Source: Leucoraja erinacea
Lineage: Eukaryota
Length of the DNA stretch: 64,000 nucleotides
Reading direction: 5' to 3'
Assembly: GCF_028641065.1 (NCBI RefSeq)
Contig: NC_073393.1
Location: 16,058,001 to 16,122,000 of the forward strand
The position numbers and the translations under genes were made by a program. Positions within the stretch are counted from its first letter, which is position 1. The number at the start of each line of letters is the position of its first letter. This document shows positions 36,429 to 48,770 of this stretch, one piece after another. The notes beneath the pieces are model-generated. The model worked only from the letters and a program-made list of their open reading frames with translations, was not told where the DNA came from and made no database searches.

Positions 36429-39400
36429 CTGCGAAAGTAATTAATGATCGGTGATTAGACAATCATTCAGTGACGAATTTGAGCATACTGCTTTAAAATA
36501 ATATTTTATGCAACCCATCAGTTGTTATTTTTACAATGGTATTGATTTGCAGATTTATTTTTGGCTATACCTTTCTGCTTGATATTGAGTTTAAACGCGA
36601 GGAGCTGTTCTTGTCCCATAAAATAATTATTTTCTTTTTCGTTTATGTCAACTTCGATGTAATTACGAAAGTTAGGAGAATTGGTGAATGCTCAAAATTG
36701 TATCCGCAGTATTAAATATTTGGCATAATACGGAGCTCCTTTTAGAGTGTATTTGTGGGATTGGCGGGAATCCATTTTGCCTGTCGAGCCCAAGAGGTGG
36801 TTCGCAGACTGAAGCTACCGGTACCTCTCCAATAGATACCGCGGCTCACTGCTTCATCAGTGGCACCGAAATGCAATAGAATATAAGTTGGTACTACTTC
36901 CTATGGCTCTGCGTCCCCAGTTTTTGACACGAGTCTCCTATTCGGTGGATAATTTGAACGGCTTGTTTACTCTCTTTTCCCAGGCCATTGTCTTGCATTT
37001 GTATTTAGTTTCGCCCTGATTATGAGAACTGGGTAGGTTTGTGTGTTCCTAACTTCCCACCCTTTGTTTCTTCACATACAATTTACATTTGAATTTAAAC
37101 CCGAATAAGGAAAGGAAAATTATATTTATGCTCTGATGAGCAGCGGGTGATAGGTTTTACTTAAATGAAGATTTGCTATTGTGCACTTATATTTTCCCTG
37201 CAAAATAGTTTGGAAAAAGAAACTACATTTGGAACAATGCTCATTCCATATCTTAATTACGCTGTCCAAGAGCATTACCTGTGAATAGACGACATGTTGT
37301 TCTTCTTGTAAACCATTTGAAAATCCTTTGCTCTCGCTTAAATTCAGTGTAGCATAGGCAGCGGTATGTTCAATTGGTGCTTGTCTCACCTATTAGAAAA
37401 GTACATTTAATACTGCGGGTGACCAGGCTTATATAGCTGATAGGGCACTAGAACTGTATCTGGGGCTGAAAATCGATGCACGCGGGATATAGAGGAATAG
37501 ATTAACATTTCACTTGCTTTCAATGATATTACCAACTATGTCATTTCAAGGAAGGGGGTGGACAATGGTGTTCGTCGAGTTTCCTGGCGATAAACATCAC
37601 CAATAATTTGCACTGGCCCAACCACATTAATGCTAACGCCATGAAAGCACACCATTGCCTCGACCTTCCCAGAGGACCAAGGAGAGTTGGACGGTCTCCA
37701 AAGTCTCTTCCCAAATTCCACAGCTGCACTGTCGAAATAATTATATGGGGATGAATCCCAAATTGGTTTAGCGACAGCTTTACCCAGGACCTTAAGAAAC
37801 GCAGGAACCTGTGATTGCAGCCCAGCCAACCACGTAAACCAGCTTCCGTCATTCTCTCCTCTTCCCACGGCGGACAGAATACACAATAGCTTAAAATCGC
37901 CTTGTGTAAGATTTAAAAACAGCTTTATACTCGATGTTATCAAGTTACTAAACAGGCGTCACGCAAGCTAATGGTGCAATCCTGATCTGTGATTTACCTC
38001 GTTCTGGTCCTTGCGTTTTTAAAATGTGGAATTTCTCTTTAGCTGTAACACAATATTTTGCATCCTGTGTCATTTCCCTTTTTGCACTTGGGTATGGTAT
38101 GATTGTACCCATACATGGTATCCATTTTTCGGATTGCACGCAAAATAAAGTTTATAATTGAATCTCGGTGTACATGACAATAATTAACCAGTGCCAATAC
38201 GAATATCAGTCTTTTGCAGATTTTGGAGATTTCTTCTTCTAAGCTTTGCAGAGTGGAAGATGCATTTGTAGGATTCCATTTAGCAGCCAGCACAAAATAG
38301 TAATTTTGTGGGAAGCAGTTTCGATGCCATGTAGGCCATATCCGGTGAAATGGCCCTTCGTTAAGGATCGAAGCCAAAACTGCAATTAACACGTTAAAGA
38401 ACGGCTCAAGAAAGCAAATTAAATTCTCGACAAATGTTCTTTTCATTTTTATTTTAATTACCGTGCTTTGGAATTCAATATAACTTTTGCCTTACGGATT
38501 GATTGTTGCACTTACTCTCCCATTGGTCAGCAACCCACAATCTCTTCGTAGTCTGATATTTGATACGTTCTCACTATCTAAAATTATATTTTTAAGTGTT
38601 CCTGAACTAATAGCACCAGAATTAATAAAAGCTCATATTTGCATCCTAAACATCACCTTTCACTTTAGAATAAATTAGGATATGATCTGGCATGGAATTG
38701 TCAAAAGATGTTGAAGCAGATACAACAGGAATTTTCAAATTATTAGTGGATGTATACTTGACGTAACCTGAAAAATAAATAATGGTTTCATCCTGCCCTA
38801 GAGTATTCCACGATACTATAGAATAGAACTGATTTATAATATTTCTGCTACGAATAATCCCTATTTTGAAACAAGAGGAGACATTTCACCTACCGGCTCC
38901 CCGTTCGGACGTATTCCTACAGAGGTTACGTTATGGCCTAGAAGAATGAAATAAGAGTTACATAAAACAACTTCAATTGTAAAGATTGATCTGTAGATTT
39001 TGACATTCTTCTTCTCATATTAATCAAATTTACTGCAGAAAATAAGAACGATTGCATTTTTAAATATCCGATGGTGCTCAGCAGCACCAATTGTCACAGT
39101 TATAACAATACAACGCATCTTGTACTCTTTCGCGATGTTGCGCCCACTGGACCTAAATTTTAACTGAAACTTTAAAATTGTAATGGTTTATAAGGAACCG
39201 TGTCCATGTCGAAACAGCAATGTAATGTAAACATATGGAGATGTTTGGTTTTGCTCATTGCCACAGAAAACCACAGTTGTTTTTTCCTCAAAATTGTAAT
39301 CTTCCATTGCATTAATTATCAATCACACTGGATTTGAAGAATTCCTTATATTTGAAAATATATGCATAGGTGATAATTGAATACATCCAATTCCAAGCTG

Positions 39401-42400
39401 AAATAATTGAATTTGAAGATCCATCATATTATCACACTCATATATCAAAACCGGCTTCAGAACTCTCTTTACATGTCCATCTACGTTTCCTTTTCTCCTC
39501 TGTGAGCAAACACCATTGACATATCCATTCTCGTTTTAACCATAGAAATGATTATTGTATGATTATTATCAAGATTCTTACCGTGCCACATCTTTAAACT
39601 GAGTCTCATCACGATTATAATCAGAACTAAAATTACTGATCCACCTACTGCATATACGATAATCTGTTTGCGACCAATTCCTGGTGGATTAACAGAAAAT
39701 TTAGAAACTGTAAAGAATTTATACATTTCAGAACAATTATACAAACGGCAGTCAACAAAGTAAATCATTTCGTAGGTGTATTTTAATACCCACATCGGAA
39801 AGTTTGGAAGGTATATCATGAGGCACCAGATGGAAGTTAGTAATGGAATCCACAGGACAAGCAATTGCCGTTGTATTGTGCCCATGCGCGGAGAGCTGCT
39901 TACTAGCGTTAAGCGGAATTTAGGCTTTATCTTCATATATTTCACCAGACAGTAGATATATACATATAACCATATAACAATTACAGCACGGAAACAGGCC
40001 ATCTCGGCCCTACAAGTCCGTGCCGAACAACTTTTCTTCCCCTTAGTCCCACCTGCCTGCACTCACACCATAACCCTCCATTCCCTTCTCATCCATATGC
40101 CTATCCAATTTATTTTTAAATGATACCAATGAACCGACCTCCACCACTTCCACTGGAAGCTCATTCCACACCGCTACCACTCTCTGAGTAAAGAAGTTCT
40201 CCCTCATATTACCCCTAAACTTCTGTCCCTTAATTCTGAAGTCATGTCCTCTTGTTTGAATCTTCCCTATTCTCAAAGGGAAAAGCTTGTCCACATCAAC
40301 TCTGTCTATCCCTCTCATCATTTTAAAGACCTCTATCAAGTCCCCCCTTAACCTTCTGCGCTCCAGAGAATAAAGACCTAACTTATTTAACCTATCTCTG
40401 TAACTTAGTTGTTGAAACCCAGGCAACATTCTAGTAAATCTCCTCTGTACTCTCTCTATTTTGTTGACATCCTTCCTATAATTGGGCGACCAAAATTGTA
40501 CACCATACTCCAGATTTGGTCTCACCAATGCCTTGTACAATTTTAACATTACACCCCAGCTTCTATACTCATTGCTCTGATTTATAAACGCTAGCATCCC
40601 AGGACGTTTTTGCTCATTACAATCATTATATCAATTCAGTTTGTCAATTGATCTCACACGGATCTCCTTACAAGAACTGATGAAGTACAATTCATTTTAA
40701 ACAGCATGCAAGTGTTGCTTTCATGCGAATAAATGCGAGCCACATTTACCCTTGTACGGAAAGCTGTCCAGTTATTAATCTGATCGAATTTGATCTACCG
40801 CCCCAATATCATGTGTAACTGGCTCCAGTCTTACCTTGGCCCAGGGTATAACTGAAACTGGCCGCCACCTTCAGGGAGACATGTGATACCAGACAGGTGT
40901 AAATATCTTTGCCCTCCCCAGGCTGCGTTATTTCCAAAGAACTAGTAGCCACAAACAATCCTTCTTCGCTCGGTTTTTTCACAGTTTCGATTCCAGTGCG
41001 AATTTCCTCGTTATTTCTTAGCCAAAATATTTCTAATTTCTCCGGATAAAAGGCGCCAGTTTTGCACACAAGTTTCCGTGGAGAGCCAAGTCCTTCAGCA
41101 GGAACAATTGTCAAGGGAGTTGGGGGATCTTAAGCAAAGAAAAAAAAATTATCGGGTGTTCGCTTTCCATTTCATTGTAAAATATTTACATTTTATCTCG
41201 CCACCGAGTCGTATTTGTCAAGACCAAATTATTTAATATTTAAACTTCCCAGTTTGTCGTTCATTTATACTCCCTTTCCTAGCGGACAACCGGACGAACT
41301 CCGCCAAGATACAAAGAGGGTGAATTTAAGGAGTGCCAACAGAATTTAAGGAGTTCCAAAATAAACTCTGTTCTGAATGGACGTTCCCCGGTATCGCGCG
41401 AAAGTTTTTGCCAGAAGTCTGCCGTGATTATTTAAAAGTGGCCATGTTCGGATCATTCATATGTTGCAAAAGAAATGGAGCCATAATCGAAATATAACAG
41501 ATTCGTATAGTGTGGTGACAAGAAGCGGTTATACATGAAGATTAATGATTAATCCCGTTAGCACTTTAAGTAGTATATGGATTAAATCTCCTCACCCTGG
41601 TCAAAAACACCCACTTCAACACTTAATCACTACTCTACTCTACTCTACTCACTCCGACATGCGGGAGATAACCACTTATCACGTGTTTGCGCAGTAATCA
41701 ACCAGAACCAGAACCAGATATGGGTTTGAAATGCCGATCACAACCATTTACCTGCATGTGAACCAAGTGCTGGAACACCTTTCTCGCGCATTGAATGCTT
41801 ATAGTGAAACACCGTGGTTTCTATTACAAGCAATTTACGAGCGCACTTATTCTATGTCAGTATGTAGGAAAGAACTGCAGATGCTGGTTTAAACCGAATA
41901 TATGTTGGAGTAACTCAGCGGGACAGGCAACATCTCTTAGGAGAAGGAATGGGGGACGTTTCGGATCGAGGTTTGAAGAAGGGTATAGACCCTAAACGTC
42001 ACTCATTCCTTCTACCCAGAGATGCTGCCTGCCCCGCTGAGTTACTCCGGCATTTTGTGTCTCTATACAAATCAGTTCCATCTGTTGTGTAAACTTGGTG
42101 ACAGCGAATCGACAACGCTAGATCGGCGTTAATGATGATAGCTTGCAGAAGCCAAACGAGGGAAAAGAACAAGCTCTGTTTCTCGCTGTACAGATTCTAC
42201 TAATTTAGGTCTGCACGCAAAGGTCCTATATTTGGCATTTATTAACGCGAACTCCTTCCGTTCGAGCTGCAGCCGGTGTCTAACTGGACGGGGAGTCGGT
42301 TGTTGGGTTGCTTTGTCGGTTCATTACAAACAATCTCTTTAGAAAGTTTGACTTAATTCACTTAATCGGGATAATCTTTAACAATGAAAGAAATATTACT

Positions 42401-43758
42401 GTTTATTCCCTGACTTTAAATAATAATGATATGAGGGAATTTCAGTTTTTTTCCTCTTTTTTCCTCCGTACGTTGACAAATTGGTGGGATAGACTGGAAT
42501 TATGCATTACATAATTAGTGTCAAGCGTTTCCAAACAAAAAAATATTACATTGAAGTCAGCTTGGAGTCAGGCAGCGATGAGGAGCTGGCAGGTCCCGCA
42601 TCTTGGAACACCAAGGTGCTGGGGTTGCAACTGCACATTGATCTTCCGAGGTTCTAAAGCTGTCGATGTAGATTAGAGGCATGGCAGACTCTAGGATCAA
42701 CGTATCGTATTGCCCCTACTTTCTTTTCTTGGTGATGAGAAACCTAGACATCATATTCCAGCCATTCAAACTAACAGAAATATTAATTCAATATCTCACT
42801 GCAAAACATGTCTTACCACACCTCAGAATGAATTTCTTCCAAGTCAAGCACTTACCCGTTCTTAGCGATACATCCACTTGGGTGATTGGCTTAAAATTCG
42901 CGACCACTAAATTAATGGGTTGCGCCGAAGGCAATAAAAATGCTTCTCGAAAGGTACCGTGTAATGAACAGAATAACCCTCAATACCCACGCGTCCCACA
43001 AGTGCTACCCGACCTGGTGATTATACACAGTGTGCATTGTTTCATTTTGAATAACCAGTCTATGTAATGCCTTTATTTAAAATTGTTATTACCGGGTATT
43101 TATTAACAGGCGATTTTTCATATTATCCTCGCGACTAGGTTTTACTTTGCAAATAGCATAGAACTGAAAATTGCTTATTTCCCTAACACACACACACACA
43201 CTCACCCAATACAGTGATCTGGCTGCCACTTCCATTCCCGATAAACTGATGCTGAAACTTTACTTGACAGTAATACAGACCGGAGTCAGCGACACGAACA
43301 TGTTGGAGAGTAAATGTTCCCCTTCCAGAATCTATGGTAAATTGTTTTCTACTGTCCGGTCCTAGGAATGTGTTCATGCCGCCCCTCCACCAATTAACGT
43401 CAGTTGTGTCTTGCGATATTGGAAATTTGCAATACATGATAGCATTTTCACCGCCGCCAACGTCCAAGTTGACAGGGAATTGCGATACTCCGCTCGAAGA
43501 AACTTCGGTAGCTGCCAGGAAATAAGCAAGAACAATGGAAACAGTTGTAAACACTGGACAGGGAAAAGAAGAACCAACTGTCGAAAAGCACGAAACAACT
43601 AGAAACCCACGAGGGCCTAATAGATGAACCTAATAGCTCGAAACCATGTCCGACCACGAAAAATAATATTTAAACCAGAAATGGCACACATAATTAACTA
43701 TACCCTGTCTAAGTATAACCAGAAGAGCCATGGACCAAACTGTAACTTTCGCCGACAT
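36291..43758 (-). CDS. Gene C model: VJ-C1-TM inhibitory receptor with an ITIM/ITSM tail, about 348 aa
   Basis: Exons 43758-43704, 43511-43206, 41128-40835, 39680-39582, 38937-38894, 37389-37279 and 36428-36291; all GT-AG, 1047 nt open frame. Confidence 0.88.
37279..37389 (-). CDS. Gene C tyrosine-motif exon (VRQAPIEHTAAYATLNLSESKG..VVYSQ)
   Basis: aatag|..|gtaatg, 111 nt; paralogous to 26039-26149. Confidence 0.88.
38894..38937 (-). CDS. Gene C 44-nt cytoplasmic exon (GHNVTSVGIRPNGEP)
   Basis: tctag|..|gtaggt; matches the gene B exon in size and phase. Confidence 0.8.
39582..39680 (-). CDS. Gene C TM exon (GIGRKQIIVYAVGGSVILVLIIIVMRLSLKMWH)
   Basis: accag|..|gtaaga, 99 nt. Confidence 0.88.
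39955..40597 (-). mobile_element. CR1 3' fragment in the C1-TM intron of gene C (absent from gene D)
   Basis: 184-aa ORF containing LYKALVRPNLEY..FFTQRVVAVWNELP. Confidence 0.93.
40835..41128 (-). CDS. Gene C Ig C1-set exon
   Basis: ttaag|..|gtaaga, 294 nt; LVCKTGAFYP..W..YTCLVSHVSL. Confidence 0.93.
41862..42063. repeat. Palindromic Penelope-derived short element (paralog at 54811-54973)
   Basis: The left arm GGAGTAACTCAGCGGGACAGGCA..GACGTTTCGG is the reverse complement of the right arm AAACGTC..TGCCTGCCCCGCTGAGTTACTCC. Confidence 0.75.
43206..43511 (-). CDS. Gene C Ig V-set (VJ-joined) exon
   Basis: ggcag|..|gtgagt, 306 nt; DSGLYYCQVKFQHQFIGNGSGSQITV. Confidence 0.93.
43704..43758 (-). 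CDS. Gene C leader exon MSAKVTVWSMALLVILRQ
   Basis: 55 nt from ATG to G|gtatag. Confidence 0.85.
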
Positions 43759-44897
43759 ATTACAGGAATAAATTGCCAACTTGTTGTTAGAGTTGTTTAC
43801 TCAAAACTCGCTCTACGGAAAAAGGAATTCATGAGTGAATATATGAAACGTGTGACCGTGACGTAATATATACCACGACTGAGGCAGAGTAATGGGTCCT
43901 AAGTTTTGTTCGGCTCGTGAGGCGGCAGAGGTAATAGCTCGGCCCATTCCCATTGTAACAAAGCCTTGCAATACTTCCTGAATCATGTTCACAATCTTCT
44001 CTCCTTGTTGACTCCCGTAGCATCCAGATTCTTACTCGGAACTAAATCGTTTCCGCGTAGAAGGTAAGAAGTGCTTGTTAATATTTAGATGCACAAACGT
44101 AGACACCCACCATCCCTTGAATATCCCCTCCTTCCCAATTTGTGTTAGTCCTCTTTCGCACATATCACGGCAAATCGGACAAATTAAGGATTTATGTGCA
44201 TGTTTACAAGCTACTCTCAGCGATGGGCTATTCTGCAATAATGGGCCAATAATAATCTTACAAAACGGATTTGAAGACATTTTATTTGCCACATTTTGAG
44301 GAAATGCATCGGTATATTCCCATTGTTTATTAGTTAACAATATTGTGATACCGCAAGTGACTACTGAAAAAGATCATGTTTGCATTATTAATTTAACTTC
44401 GTTTAAATGTTTCCAAGATGGCTCCTATATTTTTTAAAGTTTCATTAAATCAGATTCATTTAGTAAACAGCAGGCGCGGAAAGCTTTGGGCAACATAATT
44501 TTGCTTTCCATAACGTTAGACCCTTACATTGTTGATGACCTCATCGCAGATACTTTTTCCAAATATTATTAACATTGTCTGATGGGAATAATTGGTTAGA
44601 TTGCGCTTTTATTCTCCTTTCGACAAGATGTGTTGGATTGCCATTGACAAGAAAATATTGTTTTCTACCGTTTGGTGGAATTGACTGGAATCCTGCAACA
44701 GGTCAGATTGCGAAATAGAACTAACGTCTCGAGTTGATCATTTCTGTTATAATATAGAAATATTTACTGTTTAACTTTCTCCGCAGATTGTCCTCGATGA
44801 GCTAGAATTCACAATATTTCGCGATTAATTTCAGATTACAAAGTATCTGCAATCTAGCATTATCCAGTAATTATCTTGCCACAACTTTTTATCCAAG

Positions 44898-45188
44898 TGA
44901 TCGCAGCGGTAGAGTTGCTGCCTAACAGCACTTGCAGCGCCGGGGACCCGGGTTCGATCCCGACTACGGGGACTGTCTGTGCGGAGTTTGTGCCTTCTCC
45001 CCGTGACCGCGCGGGCTTTCTTTCTCCGGTTTCTTCCCACACTCCAAAGACGTGCAGCCATGTAGGTAAATGGCTTGGTAAATGTAAAAAATGTCCCTAG
45101 TGTGGGTAGGATAGTGTTAATATGCGGTGATTGCTTATCGGCGCGGACCCGAGGTTTTCGCGCTGCATCTCTAAACTAAATTAAACAA
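44898..45188 (+). mobile_element. tRNA-derived SINE (V-SINE/HE1-like); paralog at 59711-60012
   Basis: A-box-like CGCAGCGGTAGAG, B-box GGTTCGATCCC and a CTAAA tail. Confidence 0.85.
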
Positions 45189-45667
45189 AACTGGAATTTA
45201 GATGTAGACTGAAAATGTAAATGCACTAAACGCATATCTCCGACGGTCATCAATTGTGACATTATGCCAGTCCATCTGCATTCTCCTTATCCATTCGAGC
45301 GGCCCCTAAAGTCTATGAACTTCATAGTTATTGCCAGCAAGTTGCCTCTAATTACAGGCGATATCTTCTTTTTGTAAATACAATCATCACAACTTGTCAA
45401 ATGTTGTATGGAGTACGTACTAAGCGCACCCACATAGGTCAAGTGCACAGGGGTAGTCTTTCCAGTAACCCTCGCGGATATATTTCAGCTCCTCTATGCC
45501 GGAGAGGCACCACACGTCTCTGCTCTTCTGAGCAAAAGTGACAACGCGTCAACCATGTGAAATATCCGGGACTCTAAGCAGGCAAGAATGACGAAACAGA
45601 TAATATTTTTGAAACATTTAGTTTCATCTTGACTTAAAATGCGTCAGGTAATGGGACATCGTTCCAT

Positions 45668-46120
45668 GCTCTCAGAGAAAGGGTAACATTGAACAAGATT
45701 GGTCTTTATTCTTTGGAGCGCAGCAGGTTAAGGGGGGACTTGATAGGTCTTTAAAATTATGAGAGGGATAGACAGAGTTGACGGAGATAAGCTTTTCCCA
45801 TTGAGAGTAGGGAAGATTCAAACAAGAGGACATGATTTGAGAATTAAGGGACAAAAGTTTAGGAGTAACACGAGGGGAACATCTTTACTCAGAGAGTGGT
45901 AGCTGTGTGGAATGAGCTTCCAGTGGAAGTGGTGGAGGCAGGTTCGATTTTATCATTTAAAAATAAATTGGATAGGTATATGGACGGCTATATGGAGGGT
46001 TATGGTCTGAGTGCAGGTAGCTGGGACTAGGTGAGAGTAAGTGTTCGGCACGGACTAGAAGGGCCGAGATGGCCTGTTTCCGTGCTGTAATTGTTATATG
46101 GTTATATTATATGGTTATAT
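45668..46120 (+). mobile_element. CR1 3' fragment (mostly deleted in copy 2, which retains 60427-60575)
   Basis: Same family as 1-312. Confidence 0.9.
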
Positions 46121-46359
46121 TTAAAAAATCAGCCATTTAATTGCCATGAAGAAGTTTACCTCGAATTTATTTTTTCCCCAGAATGAACACGAAATAATGA
46201 AGGAAAGACCAATAAAGGAAAGAAGGGTCTCAACCCGAAACGTCACCCATTCCTTCTCTCCAGTGATGCTGCCTGTCCCGCTGTGTTACTCCAGCATTGT
46301 GTGCCTTCCTGCGAAATAATGAAGATTACAGTACAACCTTAGAAATGTTTCATTGCCGG

Positions 46360-46570
46360 AGGCAGACTTTTAAGAAATGGTCTTAAATTATACTTCTTGG
46401 TCTACACTTAAGTTTCCAAGGTGATAACGCGAGCTGTCGGTGACTTGTTTGTTTCAGATAGGCACAGCATTCGACCGCAAGCCTTTCCATGACGTCGCCA
46501 GCAGACTCGCGAAAACAGTTCTATTCTCATGCTGTGTGTTATTTCTATTTTGTCAAGCTAGACATGCAGC
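46360..46570. promoter_or_regulatory. Conserved upstream non-coding block, gene C copy
   Basis: ACCGCA at 46474, TTTCCA at 46484, TGACGTC at 46490. Confidence 0.4.
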
Positions 46571-47545
46571 GGTCAGTTAGTTAGTCAGTAGATGATTAGT
46601 TAGTCAGTAGACGATGGAAAAAAAACTTAGTTCCGTTCCATCTTTTTTATAGAAACATTGCAGAAGCTCGCATGGACCCATTCGTGTTTGCGAATTACAA
46701 GCAGAAGTCTAAAAGATATCTGATTCGGAAGGCATAACGCTTCGTCCTAATGGAACAAATATGAGGCATCTAAAATAGCGCAGAACAAGGACGGCGTATA
46801 CGCATATACATAATTTAATTTAAATATGCAGATTTATAATTCGCAGATGAAGTAGTGAGAATCGAACTCAGGTCTCCGAAAGCAAATAGATTATAAAACA
46901 TACAACAGTTAAACATTGCAATGGGTCTCTCGGCCTAGTATGTCTACGCGGAACATGATGCGAAGATAAACTAATCCCCTCTATCTGCATATGATCCACA
47001 TCCCACCATGCCTGCAATATTTCTGAAGAAGGGTCTCGACGCGAAACGTCACCCATTCCATTTCTCCAGAGATGCTGCCTGTCCCGCTGAGTTCTCAAGC
47101 TTTTTGTGTCTATCGTCGGTTTAAACCAGCATCTGCAGTTCCTTCGTACATATTTATATGCCTATCGAAAAGATTCTTCAAAAACTGCTGTCTTATCTTC
47201 TTCCAGCACCCGTGGTAATGCGTTGTATGCACTTTCTGCGTCAAAACCTGGCCCAGCATAACTCTACACCTTAGACGTTAAAACAATACCTTCCTATCTT
47301 TCATATGTTCCGACGAAAACACTATCCGTGCCTCTCGTAATTTCCAATTCTTCAGCCAGGTGGCCAATCTCAGAAGAAAACACGTCAAGAGCGTTTTATT
47401 GTTATATGTCCCAGATAGAACAACGACATTCTTTATTCCAGCAGCACAACAGAATATGTAAAGATAGTACACTGTGTGCAATACAATAAACGGGAAAAGA
47501 ATCCAGTGTGTGTATATATAACATACATTTACACACACAGATATA

Positions 47546-48770
47546 TCTATATTTCTAAAAGTCTGATCTTGACCACTTCCTGTTGTTCTATATATTGATT
47601 TTTAGAAATAACGCTGCCACTGATGGCTGTGATTTTTGGCCATCTTACTTAGTTCCCTTCTGCTGCGCAGGACGAGGATTTTTCCCATCGATTAAAAATA
47701 AAAGAGTTATTAGTGTTTTAAAAATGTTGAGATTCTCTCCCCTGAAGGGACTATAAAACCCGGAAGTGTTGAGTGCCTCAGTCATGTCTCTGCAAGATGG
47801 GGGAGAGAGAGGGTAATGTCTCTCAATCTGAGCTGTAAATAATACTGAACACATGTCTACTAAACTGTGAGTGGTTTTACTGACCTGTCAGTGCCCTTAA
47901 TGTGGTTTGAAAATACAGTTTGGAAATGCTAAATCTGTGCTGCCTTTGGTTTGGAAATGCTAAAGCTGTGTTGCCTAATTAAAGTTGCCTTGCCTAATTA
48001 AAGTTGCATAATTAAAGTTGCCTTGTCTAATTAAAGCTTCCTTGCCTAATTAAAGTTGCCTTGCCTAATTAAAGTTGCCTTGCCGAATTAAAGTTGCCTT
48101 GCCTTCTATATAATAAAAGTCTAATCTTGACCACTTCCCGTTTACGCTTTGTATTGATTTTAGAAACAATGCTACCACGTACGGCTGTGATTTTTGGACA
48201 TCTTACTCAGAGTACCCCTCCACTCATCAGGTGCCGAGGATTTTTCCCATCGATGAAAAATAAAAGCGTTATTATTAGTGTTTTAAAAAATGTTGATATT
48301 CTCTCTCCTGTTAATCACGCCATGAAGGCCACGCCCCTTCTGGTGGGAGGGGGGTGGGAGGGACTATAAAAACCAGAAGTGTGGGCGTGGCTCAGTCTCT
48401 GAAAGATGGAGGAGGGAGAGGTGACGACTGCTGTCTTTAGTGGCCTTGCACCCTGCTTGAAATGGTATGAAACTGCACTTGAACTTGGCGGCCTTGCACC
48501 CTGCTTGAAATGGAATTTCAAGGAATAGCAGTGAGTCAACTGCCAGCCCACCAGCCGTGAGTGAGTGAGCTGCCAGCACAACAGGCATGTGTGACTGAGC
48601 CGCCTGCCCAAGAATACATTCGGTCCACTGTGTCCATACTAGCCCTCTGGAAACCAGTCCCGTCAGCCCACAACTCCATACTAGCGCTCCAGAAAGCCCC
48701 CCCCCCCCCCCCCCCCCCCCCCACCCCCCCCACTGGCCAGCAATATTGGTATTGGTTGAGAGGCGGGTTA
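47546..48770 (+). mobile_element. Possible non-autonomous Helitron-like element with a duplicated 5' end and internal minisatellite; paralog at about 61996-63215
   Basis: Two TCTATAT..AAAAGTCT(G/A)ATCTTGACCACTTCC starts (about 47546 and 48105) separated by 19-bp repeats; no clear 3' CTRR hairpin seen. Confidence 0.4.
47971..48104 (+). repeat. 19-bp minisatellite TTGCCTAATTAAAGTTGCC (about 7 units; about 9 units at 62422-62588)
   Basis: Direct inspection. Confidence 0.9.

Noticed and set aside
44898-44975. tRNA gene
   Set aside because: tRNA-like head of a SINE, followed by a SINE body and tail; three copies in the window.
47971-48104. CRISPR-like repeat array (also 18380-18630, 35421-35562, 62422-62588)
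   Set aside because: Head-to-tail minisatellites without unique spacers, in vertebrate DNA.
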